Shown piece after piece: positions 51,355-64,000 of a DNA stretch of 64,000 bases. The notes beneath the pieces were generated by a model. That model did not search any database. It was not told the DNA's origin and saw only the letters and a list, made by a program, of their open reading frames with translations. A program made the position numbers and the translations under genes. Position 1 is the stretch's first letter. Each line of letters starts with the position of its first letter. The DNA comes from Bispira polyomma. Taxonomy: Eukaryota. The DNA is taken from positions 45,942,001-46,006,000 of the forward strand of contig OZ287755.1 in NCBI GenBank assembly GCA_965649765.1. The letters run 5' to 3'.

Positions 51355-51809
51355 TAAGGGGTAATGATTTGGGCAGAGAGGCAGATCCCAATTAGATGTT
51401 TTTGTCAATATTGTGTCTTGTCATAGGTATGCAGTCTACTCAGTGTTCTCCAATTGTTAAATATTTTGGTTAATAGATAGACAGCAACACAGTTAATTAA
51501 GAAGACAACAAACTGTTGATAGTCTCTGCATAACCAATAAACAAGTATACGCAAGAACTTTTCCATAGATACCCTAGTAATACCGTTTAGTTTTATTAGT
51601 CCCAAGTATAAATATATATCATATGTTACACAATTATCCGATTTTTGTGCCGTATTCACATTAATATCCCAAATTGCAGACACGTTTATACTGTAGATAA
51701 TGCTATTGATCCCTACATTTGATCTTTTGACAAGTGCAAAACAACTGAGAACAATATGACCGATCAAAAAGGAATAAAATATACTTTAAGTGTTATAATA
51801 TGTTTTCAG

Positions 51810-51876
51810 GTGAAAGCAATACTCCATCTTCGTCACAATCATCCTGGGCCAGTGGCATTCTCTGCTAATGGTCTTG
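51810..51876 (+). pseudogene. Decayed duplicate of TRAF exon 31585-31800 (large internal deletion and indels); remnant of exon 30258 at ~48945
   Basis: tgttttcag|gtgaaagcaatactccatcttcgtcacaatcatcctgggccagtggcattctctgctaatg..gtcttg|gtgggtatttg versus the parent, with homologous flanking introns. Confidence 0.8.
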
Positions 51877-54133
51877 GTGGGTATTTGTTATACTTCATTA
51901 TGTGCATAGATCAATGCATATATAACTCCTTCAGTATATCTATTTACTGTGCAGTGGTATTTTGTGTGTGCCAAATAGTGTGAACTAGATAGTAATGAGC
52001 TCTTATTTGTTTAGACAGGAAAGAATGTTGATAAAAAAAATTTATTTTGTGTGCATAATTAAAAGTCAAAGCTACAAAAATCCATAATAGTCTGATTTTA
52101 CATTTATTGATATCATAAACCACACTTAATGTGATCATCTGTGTAGAAAAAGCTAAATTTTCTGCCAACGCTTTGCATTTTGTGTTATTGGTAGGCAAGT
52201 TATTTCTTGTAAGTTGTATTGTAATATAAATCTTGGTACAAATATATAATATTAGTGTAAATATTTTTGAATTCTATGAAAACGAATGGAATTTTTTTTA
52301 CTAATTTGGTCAAATATCTTTCTTGACCTACCAGTAGTTTAAATTGATCATATCTTGTGTTCTGGTAGTTGCAGAGTTGGTCTTGTAATGAGAAGGTCCT
52401 TTGTTTGACTCTAGGGAATACCATAATGGTACTACATACAATCTGTCAACATATTTCGACAAGCTATTAAGACCATTCCTTCACAGAGAACAATAGCATA
52501 ACGATGCTTTGCTATCAATTTGGTACTATATTAAAACTATAAATCAACCAATCAGCAAGCAATTGACACAATTTGTTACTTTGTAATATTTATATAACAC
52601 CATATTTATAACTACTTTTAATATGTTTTGTGTCACATCGGGAAATTTGCTGGTGGAAGAAATCAGAACATGGTCGTTGGATAAAATTTTCTACTATGCA
52701 AACCAACAGCCTTCAGAAATTTCAATTTGTTCACATATATGTCATGGCAGAGTTTTAAATCCAACAAGACAGCAGAAGTGGAAGGCAAGTGTGTCATCAC
52801 TGACTTACTACTAAAAGTACACACATGGACATCATGTTGCTGGTGAAACCTATTTAAAATGTTAGGAATTAGGGTAATAAATTCAGCCAAAAATATTTAC
52901 TGTCAGAGTCAAATCTGAGTTTCATATATCTGCCTACTGACATCATATTTAAATACTTGCAATATGTATTTTAAATTACTATGTACAACCTTTTTGGTAG
53001 CTAGCCAAATGCACATGTCATTTTTTGCATATAGCATCAACATATTGTAATATGGGACAGGGCCAAAATTTTACTAAAATAAAAGGCATATGTGCAAAGA
53101 TTATTTTATTTAACAATAATGAAACATGTGGGAGCCAATCTTTATACAAACAACAGAACTACTATGGCACAAATTTTCCTTGTACTTACATTCATTAAAT
53201 CAAACAATCACTTCACACCAGTCTTAAATACTCACTTATTAATTAAGTCCATAACACTTAGTGCATATATTCCATATGTAGCCCATATATCAGGCAAACT
53301 ATATCTATCTAATCATACAACTATGTACACAGATATAGTATACCTAACTAAAATTGACTGCTTAAAATCCCACTTGGCTAAAGTTTTAATAGTATATTCC
53401 TTCCTCCAACAAGATGTGTTTCAACAACTAACATGCTGCTCCAGTGATAACATTGAAATGATAGAAATGACAAATCAGACTTTATCAGACATCAAATATG
53501 ACGTTACCACTTCCAAGTTCTGAAAGAAATGTTTCAGTACATTAACCGTCAAATATACAGTTATCAACAGCTACCAATTATTGGCACACATACAGACACT
53601 ATAAATAAACAAACAAGTCCCCCATATTCTAGAAAATTGTGAATATAGTTACCTGTTCTACTTTAAAAAATGGAACCTTATTCTTTTTTACAAATTATGA
53701 ATATACATGACTCATGAATACTTTATTTCTGAATGATTGTAATTTGTATTTATCCATATTTGGTAGAAAGCTAGTAATGTCGACAGAAGAGATACAAGTC
53801 ATTTATATATAGTTTAGAGTGTCATAATGAATATTTCATACATATGATACAGTTGTAACCTCATTATCCTAACATTTTGGAAAACAGAAGATTCATGAAG
53901 AAGAAATGCATTTTAGTATTAAACAATAGGACAACATAAATTTGGGAGATTACAAATTTGCTCTTAAAATGGAATGTTTAGATATTAGTGGTTGAAGTAT
54001 ACGTATATTAAGTACCTTGCCTTCTATTATAACCAAGGTAAACATTCCCTTTAAAAGTTGACTCTAAAATTATATTATTTCTAAATATTGAACATTGTCT
54101 CATCTCTGAAAATGACATCATTAACCTTTACCT

Positions 54134-57100
54134 TTAGCGTCCCTTGGTGGCCTGATAAACAGGATCGTAGTCCACTCTTGATGCCTCTCCGACATACCTG
54201 CCACCACTAACTTGATCTGAATTATGTCAAAGCAAAAAAGTATTAGATCATATCATTCATCATATTTGAATATATAATGTTCAACAAAGTGGTTTGCTAA
54301 ATGCTTTATTAAATCAGTCCTTTTTATCCGCCATATAATTGTACTGAAGTTTTCATGAATCCTTTAGTATATTTAATATATTGTACATGACATGTAAGGT
54401 CTGCTTCATACATTTATTAAGTATCATTTGATGAACCTAATATGTAGCTTTTTTCTCCTACCTAAATAAACGATTTATTACTTAAAATTGATATAGAGTG
54501 TCTTGTTTAACTGATCACCTTCTATCAATGAACTCTGCTGAATTCAGATATCATTGTACCAGGCAACATTTAAGATTTGTAATATATGGATTCATTTGTC
54601 AACTTAGCATTCATTGTTAAACTCAAATGGTGATTTAGTAGAGTTTTTCATTGCAAAATCATTTCCCTCTTACAACCAAAAGGATTATAGATTAGTCATC
54701 ACCACTATAGCCTAAACTGTTTGAAGAAACATCAAAGCTCAAATTTGTTAAGCTAAGGTCTATTAGGAGCGTATTTAGATAAACTTCAGTATGCCTCAAT
54801 TAACATTTCTACTATATATAAACAAAGGAAAATTTTTATTGATTATACTTTAATGACTGTAACTGTAACTTAAGCCATACTAGACTCTTCTGCTACATCA
54901 ACTGCCGCTGCTGAGTAGCTATTGGAGCTTAAATATCTGGTGGGTCCTGAAGAATAGTAACGGTAGCTGCCACGAGTAGGATAGGTGTAGCGGTAGTAGC
55001 TGGATGGAGCACTGTAGGTATAATACCTAGTGGGTTGGCTGTAGGTGTAATACCTAAAAATATGGTGGTCTGGTTAGCTGCATGAACATCATTAGTTGGT
55101 ACTCATATTGCTATCGAAGCTATGCAAAATGTAGTACTCCCATGAAACCGGCCCCTTTTGCTTTATCAGTACAGGGCACATCTGGAGATTGCCGTGAACA
55201 AGAGAACAATAAGGCATGTTACATTTGTTTAAGTTACATATGAAACCGAAGCAAAATTATACATGTATACAATTCTTATTTGAAGTTTGCATTTGGTTGT
55301 TAAAAAATAGTATTTTTTCACTATTTATTAGGCAAATTAGTTTTAAAGTTGATTTACATCTTATCTGACTGTTGTGGCTTATCAATGGTTATATTTTAAA
55401 GTGACATATTATAAATGGCTGTGCATTCACGAAAATAAATTCATAATAGCATTAGCCCTCAAAATTCGTAGTTCAGGTATTTAATGAAACTATTTCAAAG
55501 CACTGAAGTATGATCACATTAACCATACTTAACACTTGGTAAAACATAGTTAAACAGTGACATAAATTTGATGTCAAGCTTTAGAATCTGTAAAAAAAAT
55601 GACTGACCTGGTTGGAGTTCCGTAGTTAGAGTAGGAGCTCCACCTACTATAAGCACCACCACCACCACCACCACCATAGTAGTTGCCTTTGCCATAACCT
55701 TGCACTGTTTGAAAGAGTAGTGTATGCCATTTTGATGTCATTACATATACTGACAAAGATAAATATTATTATTTAAACATCTATTGGTAGCACATACTAT
55801 CGGCCACTAAACGGGTTTGTATGTTATCACCACCTGGAGCACCCAAGTACAGGCAGATACATAGTGGGTCATATGAATAGTTATAATAGATAAATTATTT
55901 GTTCAGATATCAGCTGATTTATGTTTTCATGCAGTTGATAAAAATATATTTCTGTGTGTCACATTTGATTGGAATTAAATTTTGAAAAATACATATTGCA
56001 CAAAAATCGCCTAATATCTGAACAAAAATTTTTGCACCCCCTGACCAAAAAATCTTATCTTATCTGACACGTAGAAGTTTCTACAGGGTAACGACTGATA
56101 TAGAAATATCGACTGATAATAATATATGGAAGTGTAAACTTACTGATACATATTAATGTAAATAATATTATTACAAATATTGCAGTTGCATGGGCAATGC
56201 AGATAAGGATAAAAATAGATTATATCTGTTAGATATTAGATTTATAATGCCAAGCTAGATGTTTTTCCCTGGGTATGTCAATCTTTCCTTGTCAGTGTTT
56301 GGGGAAGGAGCCTAATTTACCAGGGAACCATCACTTATTTATTGTATTCAGTCTGTTTTTTCTACTCGCAGCAGGCATTTCCTTTTTCTGTATCTGTTAT
56401 ACATTTGTGTGTGTAATTACAATTACTTTAAGATGTGTTATCAACATTATTATAATTGTTGTTTGTAAACTATTTTGAACATTATTATGACCTTTTCATG
56501 AAGCTGTAGTCATTAGCATTCACTTGGCTTTACTCCAACTGTTTGAAGAAGACAAGCCAACATGTCTCCAACGTAAAGTATGTAAATAATATAAATGGAT
56601 TTAGGAGGTTCCATTCTCTTATAGTGTATGAAAAAATGATGCATGAAAGTAGTTCTTTTTAGTTTTCATTGGCTTTATTTTCTTACAATATTTTATTCCA
56701 TAATTCGATGTACAGATACAACAGGGGGACATATTTGTCTGAGATATTCCGGCACAAGGCCATTTTGTAACTTATACATAAGATGAGGCTTTTTTATTTT
56801 ACGTCTTTGTTGTAGTGGTTGAAAACCACACTCACACAACAGAGAATTATGACTTGTTTTTTATATTGTAAAGCAAGAATCACGCTGAATTTTTTCTAAC
56901 AATTTACTATGTTATTTGGTACAGTTGTCAAACAGTTCTGCACTATATTCTAGGATCGGAGGCACAAAACCTACATAAATTTGCCTTTTTGCTGAACGTG
57001 GTAACTGGAATGAATCACCTTTTAGTTGCGATAGTGATTTGTATGCTCTGTCTAGGATCTTTTCTATTTGATTATTCCATGTCAGTTTTGAATTAAATGT

Positions 57101-58624
57101 TATCCCTAAATGTGTTAGGGTATTGACAAACTGAATTGTTACATATCCAAAATATAAATTTGGATAATGAAGCTGGTTTAATCATTTTGAAAAAATAATT
57201 TATTTTGTTTTAGTGGGATTAAACTTTACAAGCCAATGCTTACCCTAATTTTTATTATTTTTAAATCCTGATTTAACTTTCCAAAACAACTCTGACTGTC
57301 TGATATAGCTTTATAAATCACTCCTAAATCTAAGTGTACAAGCTGTATTTGTAATAGAAACATTTAAGTCTAAATTAAAAGCAAAACATAAATTTATTAA
57401 GCCGCTGTCTATCACAGTAGGATCACAATGGGTTTGAGTGTTTTAAACCAACACAGAAAATTGTTTAATTTCATTGAATCTGGAGTATGCCCTTATTGTG
57501 GCCCACTTAAGGAGGATGCAAAACATTGGTTTTCGCTGCTCTGAGGTTGGACATGCTTCAGAAAATAAACATAGACATACCTGAAATGAAAGTTAACTTT
57601 AATAAAAATAAACTACTTCAAATAATTATAAATGGCACCGGTAGTTTTGATGTAGATAAAAAATTATTTGAAATTGTGCATTAATATAGGGTAAATTCCA
57701 AAAGGTTCAGTTGATTCAAAATCTGTAATATTCATAAATGTATGATGAATTGTAAGAACGATGTCATGTGTAGCCTATATTTATTATTGTTATAATGCTG
57801 TTTGTATTTGAAATGTTAATTTTGGACAAGAACCTCTAGTGGCCTCACAGCTGTGGGCAATTGTGATGAAATAAATAATGTTTAAATAAAACATAAAAAT
57901 AATTTTAAATAATGTATACACTCGTTAGTGTAAACCAATGTATATATTGTGTGTATGTATTTAAATATTATAAACAACCAGTAATTATGTCTCTCAGTTT
58001 AATAAACTAGCTATTTCAATCCAACACAGTTGTTTTCTTGTTTTGTTATATACTCTGTTGTGAGGAAGCTATAAATAGTATTATAAATACATGTTGAGTT
58101 AACAAATATAGAGTAGTTATCTGATATTTTGAACAATAACCCTTGTTAGCACAAACTGCGTCACATTTTCTTTTTCTACTTCTTTTCTATCATAAATTTT
58201 TTCAAACACTATAACTGATGTGCATCTGAACCTGTTCATTTGAAAGGTCATATCTAAGTAAAATAGGTTTTAAGCATCATTATTACTCTTCCCACCTTTA
58301 GTAAAAAACATTTAACTGTAGTACATACTACTAATATACCATACATATAATCATGCTCACCATGTGCAACTTGCCTGGTTGAAATGAAAGGTTATTCTTT
58401 CAAGTCATTCATCATTAGAGCCTTTCTATTAATGACACATATATACTGCTTCAAATGTTACAAGATAAGCTTTGAGCATCAATATCAGTCTACCCACTTT
58501 TAGTACACTATATTAGAAATTATTTTACTGTAGTACATACTACTACTATACCATACATATAATCATACTTACCAATGGCAACTCCAAGAGCTAGCGCAAC
58601 AAACAAAACAATCCACTTATCCAT
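54134..58624 (-). CDS. Secreted Tyr/Ser/Gly/Arg-rich protein, copy 2 (134 aa); exons 58624-58573, 55704-55608, 55053-54881, 54216-54134; non-coding last exon from 53519
   Basis: MDKWIVLFVALALGVAIVQGYGKGNYYGGGGGGGAYSRWSSYSNYGTPTRYYTYSQPTRYYTYSAPSSYYRYTYPTRGSYRYYSSGPTRYLSSNSYSAAAVDVAEESNQVSGGRYVGEASRVDYDPVYQATKGR*. All splice sites are intact, indels versus copy 1 are in frame (+3, -12), and AATAAA lies at 53110-53105. Confidence 0.87.
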
Positions 58625-59136
58625 GTTGTCTGGTTACAAGTAATCTAAACAACTCATGCCTAAACATTGGCAAGTCTGCCCCTTATAAAGGAAACATCCC
58701 TAAATAATGGCCCCTGCCTTAAAAACTCATGGGAGCTTCATAAATAGCACACACATAAAAATATATCACAAGTTCCACTGTTTATAAAACTAGTTAAAAA
58801 GTAAACTTAGTAAAAGTACATTAACTTTAATTATCTGAAACAGATGTTCTTTTAAGAAAGAGTTAATTAAACATCAGATTTTAGTACCAGATTTTACACT
58901 TTTTTAACATTGCATTTAATGTTTAACAATTTAAACTTAATTAAAAATACAATGGTTTAGAGTGTTATGATTGCTATATGTTATACACATTTAGAATGCT
59001 TGATTTAAGCTGATTTGGAAGTTTATAACTCAAACACCAAAACTGTTAAAAGTATCCACAAAATTCTTGCATATTGTTTAGGTCCTGGAGAATATAACTG
59101 TATCACAGGAAATATTTTAGTATATGGCAATTTTGG

Positions 59137-59140
<4 letters not shown>

Positions 59141-59202
<62 letters not shown>
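59141..59202. repeat. (TA)n microsatellite
   Basis: About 30 TA units. Confidence 0.95.
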
Positions 59203-59205
<3 letters not shown>

Positions 59206-60872
59206 GGTGATAAGACATAGTTAAACCTAAGCCTAAAGATAATAGTGACTTGATGTGTGATACTTATTTTGAAAGATTTGACCCAAAGAGTATTATTCCA
59301 AAAGTCGATGAGAAATCTTCATAAAATATTACCCTATTTAATAACTCATTTTGCATTATTAATTACTCATCTTGAATTAAAGGTTGTCATAGTAAACATT
59401 TTATTAATTAATATTTTAACGATTTGTAAACAAATAAAATTTCAGCATCGGGTCAACTGGATTGGAAAGCTCATTTTCATACTTAAATTGCCCCCAAAAC
59501 GTGCTTGTATCTTGTTTGGACAGCACAAAACAAAATAAACTCTTCAAATTGGAACTAACCTCCTCTTTGATCCCCTTGAACCCATCTGCACTTAAAAACT
59601 GAACCTTCAGATCAAATTTCCCACTGCACATCAACTATCTCTGACTCCCCCCTTGTTTACATTGTTCTTAAAGTATAATTAAAGTAACTGTAACTTTCTT
59701 ATTGTAATTGAACTAGATTGGATTTATCTGAACCAGATGTACCTGAAAACAGTTGATCCACATGTATTACTGTTGATTAATTTACAATGCTTAAGATGCC
59801 TTTCTTCAAGTAATTTCTTTTCACAAGTATATCTCTGGAAATAGACACTGAAGAAGAACTAGAAAACAAGATTGAGGTCACATGTGTTTATCAGATTTTG
59901 TTGTATATGATGGGTTCTCTATATGTCGAAATATAGACTGATATAAGAGCCTAGGAGTACCTGGGTTTGATCCCAGACTGTGGCGCCCAGGTACAGTTAG
60001 GGGACCTTCAGTTACCAGTGCTGCTTGACTGCTTTGTCAACCCATATAAAGCAGGTGCTGAGTACACATATAAATACTAAATACAGAAGATTATAAATAC
60101 ATGAATTAATATTAATATTTAAACATTAATACTTTACATAGAAGGTCATAGGAAATATATTATAGAATTGACCCTTTACATAAATCCAAGATATCTGTAG
60201 ACAGAGGCTTTTTTATCAACTTTCCCAAAGTTCGTCAGTCTATCACTGGACACATGATTCCAACGATAGAGAACTGATTTAATTGCTGGTGAAAAGGAAT
60301 TAGTCTCTCATGCTACCACTGCAGACACCACTACGATTATCGCCTATGGCATGTATGTGGGAAAGTTGGCAGTATAAACCAGTGCTTTGCTGTACATAAA
60401 TATTGACCAACTACGCTGTTCTTGCTGCCATAAAAAACTACTAATTACAATATAACATTTATAATAATAATCGAAACATTTATAAAGCATTAAATTTATG
60501 AGAACATCCTGTAAGGCGCTGACATCCAAAAAACAGAAAGTCCCAGGGCAAGCAAAGGTCGTTACCAGAAAAGCATCCACCAAGGGAAGGGTGACTAAGG
60601 AGGGAAGTAGACCGGTCTGAAAAGGTAAGTTTTCAGATGGCTTCTGAAACCAGTGATTTTATTCTGTGATCTGACAGTGTGTGGGAGTTTGTTCCATTGA
60701 ACAGAAGCCGCAACGGCAAAACAGCGCCTACAGATTTTTCTTTTTGGTCGGGCTGTGGAGATGGAGATGCAGTTTCCCCGGGTAAGGCTACTGGATTTGA
60801 TAGGTAAGGACAGATAAAGAGGTTGGTTGAGTTTGATAGCTTTAAAAGCAAGACAATTGTATTTAAAATGCG

Positions 60873-61225
60873 CTATTCCACAGGTAGCCAGTGGAGTTTG
60901 TTTAGGTAGGGTGAGACATGGCTAAACTTGTTAAGCTTGTACACAATACGGCAGAGAGCATTTTGGATTCTTTGGACCCTTGTTATATTGACCTTATTTA
61001 AACAGTATAGCAAGGAGTTGCAATAGTCTAGCCGGCTGCTCATTATTGTGTTAGCCACCTGGACTGCATTTTTGAAACTGAAATACCTGTGTAATCTGCG
61101 CATATCGCGCAGATGGTAGTAGCAGGCCCGGAAGACACTGGCTACATAAATACTGAATGAGTTATCTTGGTCGAGGATAGCACCAAGGTTTTCAACTTTA
61201 CTTGATGGTGACATCAAATAATATT
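60873..61225 (-). mobile_element. L2/CR1 ORF2 C-terminal fragment
   Basis: NLGAILD, CYYHLRDMRR, SRLDYCNSLL, QRIQNALCR, LHWLPV. Confidence 0.88.
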
Positions 61226-62191
61226 CAATTCCTAAAACAAAGTAAATGCAAATCACCATTTATACCACTATGCATATGCCTGTATGTAATATAATTTAAC
61301 TTTAATAGCGTGGTAGCAGATTCTAAAGGCACATGAGACAGGAAAATAATCTTCATAATTTCATAGAGCCATTGCACATACAGGGGTCTTGACTGTAGAC
61401 ACCAAAAAATGATAAGGAGGTTAAAGTGGAAAAGCCTTGCTAAAGATCCAGGTCAATATATTTTGCTTTTCTTGAGTGGGAACACTTTTGGATCTCCTTT
61501 CGAATGATCCTTAAATTTTTCACCAATTGAATAATGATGGAGAAGCTGCAGGCTAACCAATACTGATGTAGAAATATATAGGTAACCAGTATCTGGAAAC
61601 TCCTCTAAATTTGGGTTTCAAAAGAATCAGGCTAAATGATATATGTGGAAAACTCAAGCGAAATAGAGGAGCAAATGCACTTCCTAAAAAGTGTCATTTT
61701 CGAAGCAAATATCACACAAGTCAAGTAAGAAAAAATTAAACACTAACAGATGGTTTATGATAGTTATGAAGAAATAGTTCATAATATTTTAGCAAAAGAT
61801 GAGGGAAAAACACCTAATCCCTTTGTTAAAAGTTTTAAGTGGATTTAGTGACGTCATATTGGTACCGGAAAACTTCATTCTAGCCAAAATAGACACTGAA
61901 CCAAGTTCTGATCCACCATTTGTTTTATTTTAACTTCAGCCAGAATAAAATGAAATTGTATTGTAGTTGTTTAACATAATGTTAAAAATGATTTGTTTAG
62001 ACTATAATGGATATTAAGCACCATAAGAGTTTAATTGGATTAGATTAGAAGAAATATGTAGCAAGTTATCTCAAATATAATTGTAAAAACACTATCACAT
62101 GTTTCAAGTCGAGTGTTGTTTGTTGTTTAAATATATCTCATCAAGATAACTTTAGAGAATCGAATAGGATTAGTGTAAAAAGGTGAGTACA

Positions 62192-62448
62192 AGTTTGAGT
62201 TTGAGTTGGGATATTTAACGTCCACTCTAGTACCTGTTCAGGTTATATTGGGATGAGTAGTTGGAAACGCTGGAGGAAACACTGCATACAGTTGATCAAG
62301 GCTCTGCACTGAAACCAGCGGTCCACAGTAAGGAACTACGACCTTTTCCACATAGGCATTGCCGGGGTTCGAACTCACGCCGCCCAGAAGTGAGAGACCA
62401 GTGATTGTGAAGCACAATGCTTGCTAACCACCAGGCCACTGCGGTCCC
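62192..62448 (-). mobile_element. tRNA-derived SINE (same family as 32816-33068)
   Basis: A-box TGGCCTGGTGG, B-box GAGTTCGAACCC, (AACTCA)n tail. Confidence 0.88.
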
Positions 62449-64000
62449 TAGTAGTTGACTACAATCATATGTTAATTGATTAATTAGTGTAGATAGAAAT
62501 TATCAAATAACGGAATGTCAGTTCTAGTAAGTTGTAGGGCTTAATTCTTTTTGTAATTGTGTTTTTTTTGGCATGACATTAGTTATTTTACTTCAGTCCT
62601 GTCATTATTAAGTTACAAATCGCTTATTATATGGCAATATATGCTGAATGATAGGCTAATTAGTAATTAGCTTTTTGCAAACCACTTTCTTGTTTGCCTT
62701 TTATTTAACTCCAATTGATCAATGCAAGCCATAACCATAGTCGTAACTGCAAGCCACCTGCATAGAAACATGTCTTTTATTTTATTTATGGTCAATTATC
62801 CAACCTCAAGCTTTACCCGCAAACCACATACATGGAAACATCCACTCACATAGGATTTAAAGAGTTAAATCCTTTTGACTATAGTTTCTCACTACCAATA
62901 ACTGCTTTCTGCCTGGTTTTAGAACGATGACATTTTTTTTTCGAATCCTGTAGCATTAAGTTTAAGAACTTGGTTACCAGATTGATTGATTATTTGATTG
63001 TATCATTTTGTATATAATTCTATGTCATTTGTTTTATTGATATTCTTCGATTGTTTTTTTAAAAAAAGATTTAAATAAGGCTAAAGGGTAAGAATTGTGC
63101 AAAAATTGGCAACTTTGTGAGTAGGAATTCTTTTAAAAATATCGAAGATTAAGAAAGGAACAAATGTGAAAATATTTATTCTTATAACTTTTTTTAGATT
63201 AAGAAAAATATCAAGAACATTATAAGAATAACAGTAATTCTAAGAATAAGAATCTTTGTGAATACGAGCCCTGATATTTAGGCATATAAGTATTTTTGGG
63301 GGCATAATGTACATACTTCCCAGGGAGCTACATGAGATCGTTGATAACCTTGGTTATAAAGTACCACCTTTAGGGCATATTTCTAGCGTTCTGGTTATTT
63401 TGAAAATATAGATATAGCTCAGTTTGTACACAGTGAATGATATTATTTGAAAAAGTAAGTCTTCTTTAGACACAAGCAATAAAGTGTTTAGGTTGCACTT
63501 CTGTATTGACTATTACTTAACAATCCCAAGTCTCTACACATCTAATACAATTATATATTGTCCACTAAATAAAACAAATATGTTATTACATGACATTTTG
63601 TAAGGTACACAAATCCTTGGGAGGTACATGTATGTCAATAGTCAGTGTATGCAGACCATTCAATAAGCATAAAAATAATGAGAGTTTTTAAAGTGGATGT
63701 TTAAAACCTAGAGGATCACTTATAACGTTTGGTGTCTCAATACTGTGTTTATTTTTGACACCAAAAATTGCAGCTGAATCTGACATATTATAAGTTGTAA
63801 TGCATAGATACATTTAAGTTAAATGACCTTGAGAGAGTATTGCAATAATGATGATAAAATTATCCACTTTAATATTATTATGTCAAAATAGAATCCTGAA
63901 ACATATATATATATATATATTTTAAAGGTGAACACAATTCAATAAATGAAAATAGTGACTAATTTTAAATGTTTGGTGGTGAGAGGTACGATTGTTGTTT

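Larger units (their letters stand above)
48620..60330. repeat. Second copy of a tandem segmental duplication; first copy ~29400-42720
   Basis: Collinear matches: 48625~29400 (75-bp array), 48925~30235, 50540~30977, 51440-52600~31130-32540, 52620-53000~35810-36440, whole Tyr-rich gene, 59450-60330~41870-42720. Confidence 0.88.

Noticed and set aside
53092-53523. 143-aa plus-strand ORF
   Set aside because: Antisense to the 3' UTR exon of Tyr-rich copy 2; no corresponding ORF in the paralogous region of copy 1.
59015-59203. ORF ending in (YI)n
   Set aside because: Translation of the (TA)n microsatellite.

Overview
AT-rich, intron-rich animal genomic DNA. The repeat families suggest a marine invertebrate, possibly a lophotrochozoan, but the species cannot be determined. 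I reconstructed four spliced host genes by hand; the ORF track mostly misses them. (1) A minus-strand secreted, basic, Cys-rich thrombospondin-type-1 (TSP1) repeat protein that runs off the left edge. (2) A plus-strand TRAF-family gene with a MATH domain but no RING or zinc fingers (~392 aa). (3-4) Two minus-strand paralogues encoding small secreted, Cys-free Tyr/Ser/Gly/Arg-rich proteins (137 and 134 aa, ~21% Tyr in the mature chain of copy 1, 9-residue P-x-R-Y-Y-x-Y-S repeats, C-terminal KGR). The paralogues arose from a tandem segmental duplication that also left a decayed partial TRAF copy. Mobile DNA includes a near-full-length L2/CR1 LINE with a 2A-like peptide and a pseudoknot-capable leader, and a Ngaro-type DIRS retrotransposon with complete A1-B1-A2-B2 split direct repeats and a readable TGT recombination core. 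There are also a Polinton/Maverick relic, an Academ-like transposase relic, tRNA-SINEs, several MITEs, a Helentron-type non-autonomous element and minisatellites. All gene models are sequence-only predictions without transcript support.
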